Of a stretch of DNA of 42,459 bases, positions 10,226 to 18,595 are shown one piece after another. Source of the DNA: Alloprevotella sp. (GTDB lineage: Bacteria; Bacteroidota; Bacteroidia; Bacteroidales; Bacteroidaceae); the NCBI GenBank assembly GCA_051868815.1, contig JBJEAH010000116.1, positions 1 to 42,459 on the forward strand. The letters run 5' to 3'. Made by a program: the position numbers and the translations under genes. The notes under the pieces were generated by a model. The model saw only the letters and a list, made by a program, of their open reading frames with translations. It searched no databases and had not been told where the DNA came from. Numbering within the stretch: the stretch's first letter is position 1; each line of letters starts with the position of its first letter.

Positions 10226-10894
10226 ATGGAAAATATGACTGCTACATCCGAGAAGCCAGCCGGCACCGGCGGCACACATAAAGAGGAGGTGCGCCTGCGC
10301 GTGATAGAGCAAGCGATGCGCATGTTTCAGACGCAGGGCATCAAAAGCGTCACTATGGACAGCATCGCCGATGCCCTGAAAATGTCGAAGCGCACACTCT
10401 ATGAACTCTTTGCAGACAAAGCCGCGCTCCTTCTTGCCGGCCTGCGCCGCCACGACGAGCAGAAGACGCAGCGTATGATTAGGCGATGCGCAGAGACGGA
10501 CAACGTGCTCGAGATTATCCTGAGCGACTTTGCCGACAGCATGCGCGATTTCAGCATGGTCAATCCCACTTTTTTCATCGACATACATAAATATCCCGCC
10601 GCCGTAGCCTATTTCGAGGCGCGGCGCGAGGAGCGCGAGACATCTGCCGTGGCCTTTCTGCAGCGTGGCGTAGAGCAGGGGCTTTTCCGCAGCGACGTGG
10701 ATTACCGCATCGTTTATCGCCAAATCACCAACCTGCTCAACCACCACATCATGGAGGAACTTGGGCGCGACTGCTCGCTAAAATCCCTTTTCTATAATAT
10801 CGTTATCGTTTACATACGTGGCTGCACCACCCCCGAGGGTGCCCGCTATATGGACGACATCTTAGAGAACATTTTGCAGGCGGAGCAGTTATAG
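10226..10894 (+). CDS. TetR/AcrR-family transcriptional regulator
   Basis: N-terminal HTH FQTQGIKSVTMDSIADALKMSKRTLYELFADK. Confidence 0.93.
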   Translation: MENMTATSEKPAGTGGTHKEEVRLRVIEQAMRMFQTQGIKSVTMDSIADALKMSKRTLYELFADKAALLLAGLRRHDEQKTQRMIRRCAETDNVLEIILSDFADSMRDFSMVNPTFFIDIHKYPAAVAYFEARREERETSAVAFLQRGVEQGLFRSDVDYRIVYRQITNLLNHHIMEELGRDCSLKSLFYNIVIVYIRGCTTPEGARYMDDILENILQAEQL

Positions 10895-10914
10895 CTTGCC
10901 ATGTTATAATTTAT

Positions 10915-10940
10915 TGCTGTCTGCGGACAGCATTTTTTTT
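10915..10940 (+). terminator. Intrinsic terminator of tetR
   Basis: TGCTGTC-TGCG-GACAGCA followed by T8. Confidence 0.75.
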
Positions 10941-10948
10941 AGGCAGAA

Positions 10949-10988
10949 AAGCGGCGCACAATGCAGAAAAAAGCATTGTGCGCCGCTT
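10949..10988 (-). terminator. Terminator of purA (possibly bidirectional)
   Basis: Perfect 16-bp stem AAGCGGCGCACAATGC/GCATTGTGCGCCGCTT just downstream of the purA stop. Confidence 0.8.
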
Positions 10989-11009
10989 AACGTATACAGG
11001 TCAAAGGTA

Positions 11010-12278
11010 TTACCGAATAATCGTTGCCTCTCTGTCCGGCCCTACGCTGACGATAGAGATGCGTACGGCGAGCTGCTTTTCGAGATAAGCGATGTAGGCG
11101 GAGAAGGCGGGCGGGAAATCTTTTTCGTCGCGGATTTCCGTAAGCGGTGTCTGCCAGCCGGGGAGTTCCTCGTATACGGCTTCGTAACCCTCGGTGTCGT
11201 AAGGCATTTCCGTCACCACTTCATCGCCCTTCTTGTATGCCGTGCAGACTTTGATGGTCTCGAACTCGTCGAGCACGTCGCCCTTCATCATTACGAGGTC
11301 GGTCACGCCATTTATCATGATGGCGTATTTCAGGGCTACGAGGTCAATCCAGCCGCAGCGGCGGTTGCGGCCCGTCACTGCGCCGTACTCGTGTCCGATG
11401 CGGCGGAGCGTTTCGCCCGTTTCGTCAAAGAGTTCTACGGGGAAAGGCCCGGAGCCGACGCGCGTGCTGTATGCTTTGAAGATGCCGAAAACGCGGTCAA
11501 TCGTATTGGGGGCTACGCCCAAGCCGGTGCAAACGCCGCCGGCGGTGGTGCTGGAAGAGGATACGAAAGGATAGGTGCCGTGGTCGATGTCGAGCAACGA
11601 GCCTTGCGCTCCCTCGGCAAGCACAGACTTTCCCTCGGCGAGGGCGCGGTTGATTTCTGCCTCGGTGTTAGAGAGCTTGAAGCGGCGCATATATTCCACG
11701 CCCTCCATCCATAGTTTTTCTTCTTCCGTAATGTCGTAATCCGTAAAATGCAGGTCGCGGAGGATTTGTTCGTGACGGGCTTTGAGCGCATGGTATTTCT
11801 CTTCAAAGTTCTCCTCGATGTCGCCGACGCGCAAGCCTACGCGGGCGGCCTTGTCGCTGTAAGCCGGGCCGATGCCCTTGCCCGTCGTGCCTACCTTGTT
11901 CTTGCCCTTGGCTGCCTCGTAGGCGCGGTCAAGCACGCGGTGGGTGGGCAGAATGAGATGGGCACGGCGGCTGATGTGGAGGCGGGGGGCGATGTCGTAG
12001 CCGGCTGCCTCAAGTTCGCGGGCTTCTGCCATGAAGAGGTCGGGCGCGATGACGCAACCGTTGCCTATGATGTTGATTTTGCCTTCATCGAAGATGCCCG
12101 ACGGAATGGAGCGCAACACGAATTTCTTTCCGTCGAAGATAATTGTGTGGCCGGCGTTGGGGCCTCCGGCAAAGCGGGCGACTACATCGTAGCGCGGCGT
12201 GAAGAAATCCACGACCTTGCCTTTGCCTTCGTCGCCGAAAACAATGCCCAGCAGGGCATCAACTTTTCCCTTTGTCAT
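11010..12278 (-). CDS. purA: Adenylosuccinate synthetase
   Basis: GDEGKGK, GGPNAGHT, GTTGKGIGPAY, EGAQG and VTGRNRRCGW motifs. Confidence 0.98.
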   Translation of the reverse strand: MTKGKVDALLGIVFGDEGKGKVVDFFTPRYDVVARFAGGPNAGHTIIFDGKKFVLRSIPSGIFDEGKINIIGNGCVIAPDLFMAEARELEAAGYDIAPRLHISRRAHLILPTHRVLDRAYEAAKGKNKVGTTGKGIGPAYSDKAARVGLRVGDIEENFEEKYHALKARHEQILRDLHFTDYDITEEEKLWMEGVEYMRRFKLSNTEAEINRALAEGKSVLAEGAQGSLLDIDHGTYPFVSSSSTTAGGVCTGLGVAPNTIDRVFGIFKAYSTRVGSGPFPVELFDETGETLRRIGHEYGAVTGRNRRCGWIDLVALKYAIMINGVTDLVMMKGDVLDEFETIKVCTAYKKGDEVVTEMPYDTEGYEAVYEELPGWQTPLTEIRDEKDFPPAFSAYIAYLEKQLAVRISIVSVGPDREATIIR

Positions 12279-12297
12279 ATTTTATTTTTTTTGATTA

Positions 12298-12981
12298 TTA
12301 TATTCCCAAGAGGTTTTTGATAAGGAAGAACAGCATCGGCATCACGAGGGCGGGCAGGAGGTTGATGGTCTTGCAGTCCTTGATGTTGAGCACGCCCAGT
12401 CCCGAGGCGGCAATAAGCACGCCGCCCACCACAGAGACTTCTGTGATAAGCTGTTCGGAGATGAACGTTTGCGAAACTTTGGCGATGCCGTAGATGCCCG
12501 CTTGCCACAGGAAGATAACGATGCCTGTCACGGCGGTGCCGAAGCCGTAGCTCGAAGCGAGCACGATCATCGTTACGAGATTGAGCGTGGCGGCTGTCAT
12601 CAGATAAGTGTTGTCGCCGTAGAGCGCGCTCAGCACGGGCCCCATCATCGAGAGCGTGCCCACGCAGCAGAGCAGCACGCCGGTGGTGATGCCTTCCACG
12701 AGGTTGGAGGTGGACATGCGGCGCGTGGCGCTTTCCATGCGCTGGTCGAGTTTGAGCACGGTGCCGAGCAGTCCGCCGAGGGAGAGGCAGAAGATGAAGA
12801 GCACGGGGTACTTGCTGTTGGCCATATTGGTCATGGCCACGTTGATACCCAGCACGAGGGCTGCCAAGCCCATCGCCGTGTTGAGCACGTTGATGTATTT
12901 CTCCTTGATGCCTTTGCGGGCTATTGCGCCGATGGCACTGCCGATTATGGCCGCAAGGGCGTTGAAGACGATGGCGAGCAT
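12298..12981 (-). CDS. DUF554 (YdfK-like) membrane protein
   Basis: Hydrophobic 227 aa; NALAAIIGSAIG, LCCVGTLSMMG, VGGVLI..GL, NLLPAL pattern. Confidence 0.8.
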   Translation of the reverse strand: MLAIVFNALAAIIGSAIGAIARKGIKEKYINVLNTAMGLAALVLGINVAMTNMANSKYPVLFIFCLSLGGLLGTVLKLDQRMESATRRMSTSNLVEGITTGVLLCCVGTLSMMGPVLSALYGDNTYLMTAATLNLVTMIVLASSYGFGTAVTGIVIFLWQAGIYGIAKVSQTFISEQLITEVSVVGGVLIAASGLGVLNIKDCKTINLLPALVMPMLFFLIKNLLGI

Positions 12982-13009
12982 ATTTTTTATTGCTTATTCA
13001 ATGAGCCGA

Positions 13010-13819
13010 TTATATGCGGGCGATGATGCTGCGGAAGATTTCGGCCATGAGCGGCTGCACGGCGTTGGCGGCCTTCTGCACTTCTTCGTGCGTCACCTCC
13101 ACGATTTTGCCTTCCACGCCGAGGTCGGTGATGATGCTGATGCCGAAGACGCGCATGCCGCAGTGGCGTGCCACGATGACTTCGGGCACGGTGCTCATGC
13201 CCACGGCATCTGCGCCGAGGCGGTGGTACATCTTATATTCTGTCGGCGTTTCGTAAGTGGGGCCCTGGTTGGCGAGATACACGCCTTCCACCACACGGAT
13301 ACCTTTCTCCTTGGCAATTTCGCGGGCGAGGGCGAGGAATTGCTTGTCGTAGGCTTCGCTCATGTCGAGAAAGCGGGGACCATAGGGGAAGTTCTTGCCG
13401 CGCAAGGGGTGCTCGGGCAGGAAGTTGATGTGGTCGGTAATCAGCATCATGTCGCCTATTTCAAAATCGGGATTAACGCCGCCGGAGGCATTGCTCACAA
13501 AGAAGTTCTTGATGCCGAGTTCGTGCATCACGCGCTCGGGAAAGGTTACTTCTTTCATTGTATAGCCTTCGTAGTAATGGAAACGCCCTTCGAGTGCCAT
13601 CACCTCTTTGCCGCCGAGACGGCCAAAGAGCAGGCGGCCGCTGTGTCCCTCGACGGTGCTGACGGGAAAGTTGGGGATTTCGTTGTAAGGGAAGGCGTCA
13701 ACGATTTCTATCTCTTCGGCCAAATGGCCAAGCCCTGTGCCGAGCACGATGGCGGTTTCGGGGCGGAGCGCGGTGTGGCTCTTAATCCACGCGGCGGTTT
13801 CTTGAATGGCTTGCAACAT
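13010..13819 (-). CDS. punA: Purine-nucleoside phosphorylase
   Basis: IVLGTGLG, STVEGHSG, GRFHYYEG, GPTYET and GADAVGMSTVPE motifs. Confidence 0.96.
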   Translation of the reverse strand: MLQAIQETAAWIKSHTALRPETAIVLGTGLGHLAEEIEIVDAFPYNEIPNFPVSTVEGHSGRLLFGRLGGKEVMALEGRFHYYEGYTMKEVTFPERVMHELGIKNFFVSNASGGVNPDFEIGDMMLITDHINFLPEHPLRGKNFPYGPRFLDMSEAYDKQFLALAREIAKEKGIRVVEGVYLANQGPTYETPTEYKMYHRLGADAVGMSTVPEVIVARHCGMRVFGISIITDLGVEGKIVEVTHEEVQKAANAVQPLMAEIFRSIIARI

Positions 13820-14843
13820 AGTTGAGAATAAGGTTGTTGAATTTCTGTTTTTCTGAATTTGAGAAAGTTATTTCTATAGGCTGGTAATACAGCTTTTTCT
13901 TCATTTCGAGGGGTAGGGGGAGGGCTTTGAGGCGCATCATGTCCTTTTCGGTGGTGACGATGCAGCTTGCCTCTTGTGCCGCCTCTGCCATTTGCCGGAT
14001 TTCTTCGGGCGTGAAGGCGTGGTGGTCGGGATAGCGCAGCACGCTTGTTTCTTTCGCCTGTCCTTGCCAGCGGGCTATGAACGGTTCCGGGCGGGCTATG
14101 CCGCACACAATCAGCACGCGCCCCGCGCCGTATGCGCTCTGCCATTCCGGGGTCTCGGCGAAGCCGGGCCGCAACGCACCGTAGCCTACGGAGGAGAAGA
14201 ATACCGGGGCGGCGGAGTAGCGGTCGATTTTATTGCGAATGCCTTCTCGCTCTTCTTCACCCAGAGTTTCGGGGCATTTGGTCACGATAACGGCATCCGC
14301 ACGCTTCGCTCCGCTGCGATTTTCGCGCAGTCGGCCGGCAGGCAGCACGCAGTCGCCGGTGAAGAGGTTGCTGTAGTCGGTGAGCAAGAGGTAAAGCCCA
14401 GCCTTGATGTAGCGATGCTGATAGGCATCGTCGAGCACAATGACTTGCGGCTCTGTGCCTGCGGGCATTTGCAGCAACCTCTTGCAGCCTTCCACGCGAC
14501 TCTCGCACACGGCAACGCAGGTGTCGGGAAACTTCTGCTTTACCTGCAACGGCTCGTCGCCCACTTCCGCGCCCGTGCTTGCCGCCGTGGCTTCGCGAAA
14601 GCCTTTCGTGCGCCGCCCGTAGCCGCGAGAGAGCATGGCGGTGCGCAGTCCCTGCTCGCCGAGCAGGCGCAAGAGGTATTCCGTATGCGGTGTCTTGCCC
14701 GTTCCGCCCACGGCGAGATTGCCCACGCAGAAGGTGGGCACGCCGCACGTCGTCTGCTTCAATATGCCCTTGTCGAAGAGCATATTACGAATGCCCATAA
14801 CGGCGGCGTAAATCCACGAGAGCGGCAACAGCAGGCGGAGCAT
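13782..14843 (-). CDS. lpxK: Tetraacyldisaccharide 4'-kinase
   Basis: VGNLAVGGTGKTP, LSRGYGR, GDEP, LDDAYQH, LPAGRLRE, PDHH and TTEKD motifs; start at 14843; 3' end overlaps punA by 38 bp. Confidence 0.96.
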   Translation of the reverse strand: MLRLLLPLSWIYAAVMGIRNMLFDKGILKQTTCGVPTFCVGNLAVGGTGKTPHTEYLLRLLGEQGLRTAMLSRGYGRRTKGFREATAASTGAEVGDEPLQVKQKFPDTCVAVCESRVEGCKRLLQMPAGTEPQVIVLDDAYQHRYIKAGLYLLLTDYSNLFTGDCVLPAGRLRENRSGAKRADAVIVTKCPETLGEEEREGIRNKIDRYSAAPVFFSSVGYGALRPGFAETPEWQSAYGAGRVLIVCGIARPEPFIARWQGQAKETSVLRYPDHHAFTPEEIRQMAEAAQEASCIVTTEKDMMRLKALPLPLEMKKKLYYQPIEITFSNSEKQKFNNLILNYVASHSRNRRVD

Positions 14844-14850
14844 TGCAATT

Positions 14851-16623
14851 TTATTGTATGTTCGGCAGATAGGGAATGCGTGCCTGCAGTGCATTATGGC
14901 GGTTGAGGTTGCCCACGAAGCGCAGGGGCTGATAGTAGATGCCGAGCGCGTCTTTCACGCGGCTTTCCATATAGTCGCTGCCGGTGACGTTCATGAGGTT
15001 GTCCATCCAACTGGACGGGGCGGGGTAGTCCGCCGTGTAGTAGTCCTTGCTCTTGGCGAGGCGGGCGGCTTCAGCAATCGCGTCGTCCAATGTGCCGAGT
15101 TGGTCCACGAGTTTAAGTCCCAGTGCCTGCCGTCCCGTCCACACGCGACCCTGCGCAATGGAGTCTACGGCGGCGACGGGCATCTTGCGCCCTGCTGCCA
15201 CGCGGCTGAGGAATAGTTTGTAGCCGCGCTCGATATAGGCCTGCATCACGGCCGACTCTTTTTCGTTGAACGGGCGTCCCGTTGCGCCGAAGTCGGCTGC
15301 CTCGCTCGTCTTGGCCACATCGAAGTGCAGGCCGAGTTTTTCGGTGAGCAGTCCGCTGGCATCGGGAATCATGCCGAAGATGCCGATGCTGCCCGTCAGC
15401 GTGGTGGGGTCGGCGAAAATCTTGTTGGCGCCGCACGCCATGTAATAGCCGCCCGAGGCAGCCATGCCGCCCATCGAAACCACTACGGGCTTCTTGGCTT
15501 TGAGGAGTTCCACGGCATGCCAAATCTGCTCGGAGGCATACGCACTGCCGCCGCCCGAATTGATGCGGATAACGACGGCCTTCACGTCTTCGTCCTCTGC
15601 CAGTTCGTCGAAGTCCTCGACAAGCGTTTGGCCCACAATCTCGTTGTCGCCGCCCATGAGCGAAGCCGTTCCGGCCTCGTCCACAATGTCGCCGTAGGCG
15701 TAGTACACGGCGATTTCATCGCCCTTGTCCTTGCTGCCGCCGGCGGCAATCACGTCGGCGGGGCTTACAAGGTTGAGTTTCTCCTGCTTGGAGAGCGTGC
15801 GCAGTTTGGCGCGTGCGCCGTCGATGTAGGTGAGCGTGTCGACCAGTTTGTTCGCCACGAAATCTTTCGTCTCGGCAAAGCCGATGTAGGTGTCGGCCAG
15901 TTCTTTCAGGCGCTCCGGCGTGAGTTTGCGGTCGGCAGCCACGTCGGCGCACATCGTGTTCCAAATGTCGTTGATGTAAGAGGTGACCTGCTCGCGGTTG
16001 GCGGGGCTCATTTCGGTCTGCGTGAAGGGTTCCACCGCACTCTTGTACGTGCCGACGCGGAATACCTGCATTTTCACGCCGATCTTCTCGAGCATCTCCT
16101 TGAAAAACATGGGCTGGGCGGCAAGGCCGTGCCAGTCCACCATACCCGAGGGGTTAAGCATCACGGCGTCGGCCGTGGCGGCAAGATAGTAGCCTGCCTG
16201 GGTATAGGTGTCGGCATAGGCGGCGATAAACTTGCCCGATTTCTTGAAGTCGAGCAAAGCCTTATGCAGTTCTTCGAGCGAGGCAAAGTCAGAAGCAAGC
16301 GCACCCCCGTCGAGGTAGATGCCGCTAATGTTCTTGTTGTCCTTGGCAAGGCTGATGGCTTTCAGGGTCTCGTCAAGGCCGAGCGTGGCTTCTGTGGCGT
16401 TGCCCATAAACTCGTCGAAAGGATTGGCCTCGGCGGCGCGTTCTTCAACGACGGCATTGAGCGAGAGGCGCAGCACGCTGCCCTTGTCAACGGAGGCGGT
16501 GGTTTGGCTGCCGCCGGCGGCAATCATGGCTGCCAGCATCACGAAGCTCATAAATGCGAAGAATGCGAACACGCAGAGCGTGCCGAGCATCGACGCGAGG
16601 AGCATTTTGAAAAACTGTTTCAT
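14851..16623 (-). CDS. sppA: Signal peptide peptidase SppA (67K type)
   Basis: VGTYKSAVEPF, RINSGGGS, SMGGMAASGGYY, TGSIG and GRVWTG motifs. Confidence 0.96.
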   Translation of the reverse strand: MKQFFKMLLASMLGTLCVFAFFAFMSFVMLAAMIAAGGSQTTASVDKGSVLRLSLNAVVEERAAEANPFDEFMGNATEATLGLDETLKAISLAKDNKNISGIYLDGGALASDFASLEELHKALLDFKKSGKFIAAYADTYTQAGYYLAATADAVMLNPSGMVDWHGLAAQPMFFKEMLEKIGVKMQVFRVGTYKSAVEPFTQTEMSPANREQVTSYINDIWNTMCADVAADRKLTPERLKELADTYIGFAETKDFVANKLVDTLTYIDGARAKLRTLSKQEKLNLVSPADVIAAGGSKDKGDEIAVYYAYGDIVDEAGTASLMGGDNEIVGQTLVEDFDELAEDEDVKAVVIRINSGGGSAYASEQIWHAVELLKAKKPVVVSMGGMAASGGYYMACGANKIFADPTTLTGSIGIFGMIPDASGLLTEKLGLHFDVAKTSEAADFGATGRPFNEKESAVMQAYIERGYKLFLSRVAAGRKMPVAAVDSIAQGRVWTGRQALGLKLVDQLGTLDDAIAEAARLAKSKDYYTADYPAPSSWMDNLMNVTGSDYMESRVKDALGIYYQPLRFVGNLNRHNALQARIPYLPNIQ

Positions 16624-16696
16624 GGTTTAAGGGGAATTTCTTATAGTGCCTATAGTGTTCTATAGACCCTATATATAATATTGTATGCTTTGAATA

Positions 16697-17452
16697 TTAA
16701 AACTCAATGTTTACTTCCACCGGGCAATGGTCGGAGCCGAAAATCTCGGTGTGTATGGCGGCGCTTTGGAGTTGCGGCTGCAGGCGGTTGGAGGCAAGGA
16801 AATAGTCGATGCGCCAGCCCGCGTTTTTCTCGCGTGCCTTGAAACGGTACGACCACCAGGAATAAATCTCCTCTTTGTCGGGATAGAAATAGCGGAACGT
16901 GTCGGTGAAGCCCGCTTCGAGCAGGAGCGAAAACTTTTCGCGCTCCTCGTCGGTGAAGCCCGCGTTGCGGCGGTTGCTCTTCGGGTTTTTGAGGTCGATT
17001 TCCCGGTGCGCCACGTTCAGGTCGCCGCACACCACCACCGGTTTCCGCTCATCGAGGGCTTTCAGATAGGCGCGGAAGTCGTCCTCCCACGTCATGCGGT
17101 AGTCCAGCCGGCGCAGCCCGTCCTGAGAGTTCGGCACGTAGACCGTGACGAGATAGAACTGCTCGAATTCCAGCGTAACGGCGCGTCCCTCATGGTCGTG
17201 CACGTCGATGCCCAGCCCGCGCGACACTCTCAGGGGCTTGTGGCGCGTGAAAATGGCCGTGCCCGAATAGCCCTTCTTGTCGGCGTAGTCCCAATAAGAC
17301 TCGTATCCGGGAAATTGCAGGTCTATTTGTCCCTCTTGCAGTTTGGTTTCCTGCAAGCAGAAGAAGTCAGCGTCGAACTCTTTGAATATATCGCGGAATC
17401 CCTTACCCTCGCAGGCGCGGAGTCCGTTGACGTTCCAAGAAATGAATTTCAT
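16697..17452 (-). CDS. xth: Exodeoxyribonuclease III
   Basis: SWNVNGLRA, LQETK, GDLNVAH, YSWWSYR, GWRIDY and SDHCP motifs; start at 17452. Confidence 0.97.
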   Translation of the reverse strand: MKFISWNVNGLRACEGKGFRDIFKEFDADFFCLQETKLQEGQIDLQFPGYESYWDYADKKGYSGTAIFTRHKPLRVSRGLGIDVHDHEGRAVTLEFEQFYLVTVYVPNSQDGLRRLDYRMTWEDDFRAYLKALDERKPVVVCGDLNVAHREIDLKNPKSNRRNAGFTDEEREKFSLLLEAGFTDTFRYFYPDKEEIYSWWSYRFKAREKNAGWRIDYFLASNRLQPQLQSAAIHTEIFGSDHCPVEVNIEF

Positions 17453-17475
17453 AAGATGTGCGTTTGTATCTTGTG

Positions 17476-17483
17476 CAAAAATA
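17476..17483 (-). promoter_or_regulatory. -7 element of xth
   Basis: TATTTTTG on the minus strand about 24 bp upstream of the ATG. Confidence 0.6.
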
Positions 17484-17627
17484 AGCAATTTCTATTGAAA
17501 TATAACTTTTGTAAGGCAATAAACTCCCATTATCCTATATGATAGGCCGTAAAACCCGCGCAGCGGCAGCGCGGCAGAGGCGGCGCGTCGCGATTTTCTT
17601 GGCGGAGTGCAGACGCTTCAAAGCAGC

Positions 17628-17851
17628 AATTTTTTATTTTCTCGGAGATATTTTTCACGATCTCCTTGCTATTTTTTCCTCTCCTATAAGAAAGTTTTTG
17701 TTACAAACTTTGTAACACGTATTACAAACTTTGTAACATGTGTTAGAAACTTTGTAACAAGCGTTACAAACTTTGTAACAAACTTTTTCTGCGCAGATAG
17801 TGAAAAATATCAAGGAAAAACAAAAAAATATCTCGGAGATAGTAAAAAATA
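17628..17851. mobile_element. MITE-like element with four 21-bp-phased palindromes, copy 1
   Basis: GTTACAAACTTTGTAAC-type units at 17700, 17721, 17742 and 17763 between long imperfect inverted repeats; second copy at 23453-23688; ends approximate; mobility inferred. Confidence 0.7.
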
Positions 17852-17899
17852 TCAGGCGGCTCGCCAGCGCGTTTCCCCGTGCAGCCGGCGGCGGAATGC

Positions 17900-18148
17900 C
17901 GGGACAAAGACGCAGTAAGGGCTGAGATAGAGCAGTCTGCTCCAAAGGCCCTGAAGCCCCGCGAGATAATCCACGACCCTTTTATCCTTGAGTTTCTTGG
18001 AATTAAGCAGGGCGAGCATTTGTAGATTTTCGGCTGCGCTCGGCAATTAGAGCAAGCTCTATTGCACTCGCTTGCACAAAAATTCCTGAAAGGCGACCTT
18101 CAGCAGATGCTGATCAGTAAGTTGCAGCACTTCCTGCTGCAACTGGCA
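17900..18148 (+). pseudogene. DUF1016/YhcG (PDDEXK nuclease-like) fragment interrupted by a 63-nt insertion
   Basis: RDKDAVRAEIEQSAPKALKPREIIHDPFILEFLGIKQGEH [insertion] FLKGDLQQMLISKLQHFLLQL resembles the YhcG DPY.LEFLG...DLE..LI..LQ.FLLELG region; no start codon, stop inside the insertion, C-terminus missing. Confidence 0.8.
18024..18085. mobile_element. 62-bp palindromic element, copy B, inserted in the DUF1016 remnant
   Basis: Homologous to 2867-2928; hairpin TAGAGC-AA-GCTCTA; separates two in-frame halves of a coding remnant. Confidence 0.85.
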
Positions 18149-18368
18149 AACAGTATTGCATCGAGAATTAGGCTGCGCTATAGCTTTCGCCCCGAGAAAT
18201 GCCTCCACATGACTATGCAGGGAGATTGGTGGCACGCTGCAAACCATCTCTCCCAAATGTCCTTGAATATTGTTGATAGTGCAGCCGAGGCCGTTATCAG
18301 GGATATCGAGAGCAATAAGGTAATGTAGGGCGATTTTTTGCTTAAAACAAAACTTTTATAGCAAATAG

Positions 18369-18399
18369 TTTGCTTTTTGCTCGGAATGTGCTACATTTG
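18369..18399 (+). promoter_or_regulatory. Sigma-A promoter of the Phe/Tyr operon
   Basis: TTTG-N19-TACATTTG. Confidence 0.78.
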
Positions 18400-18441
18400 C
18401 AAGCGAAAAGCAATCGTTCTACCAATAGAATAGGCGCATTT

Positions 18442-18492
18442 ATGGCATACAACGCACAGTTTTTCGGCTTTTACTTTTACTTTGCTCAGTAA
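18442..18492 (+). CDS. Phe/Tyr-rich attenuator leader peptide MAYNAQFFGFYFYFAQ
   Basis: ATG GCA TAC AAC GCA CAG TTT TTC GGC TTT TAC TTT TAC TTT GCT CAG TAA: 5 Phe + 3 Tyr in 16 codons, between the promoter and a terminator upstream of pheA. Confidence 0.88.
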   Translation: MAYNAQFFGFYFYFAQ

Positions 18493-18544
18493 AGCGAAGC
18501 GGGAAAACGCGTGCCAAACATAACATTTGACCATACAACAATTC

Positions 18545-18580
18545 AATCCCGCTTCCTAAGAAGAAGCGGGATTTTTGTTT
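18545..18580 (+). terminator. Attenuator terminator upstream of pheA
   Basis: AATCCCGCTTC-CTAAGAA-GAAGCGGGATT then TTTGTTT; the 5' arm can alternatively pair with GAAGCGGGA at 18496-18504. Confidence 0.88.
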
Positions 18581-18595
18581 TGAAATAATATAGGC

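Noticed and set aside
13782-13819. 38-bp lpxK/punA overlap as a frameshift or recoding site
   Set aside because: Both ORFs are complete with all motifs; an ordinary operonic overlap.
16642-16676. Short CTATAG-type repeats between xth and sppA
   Set aside because: Three or four degenerate 9-10-bp units in AT-rich intergenic DNA; too weak to call.
17700-17779. 21-bp-period palindromic array (and 23531-23610) as a CRISPR array
   Set aside because: Linkers are only 4 nt and largely shared between copies; no cas genes in the window.
17607-17945. ORFs with VTNFVT / CYKVCN heptad repeats
   Set aside because: They are translations of the palindromic DNA element on both strands, with no start context or coding-like codon usage.
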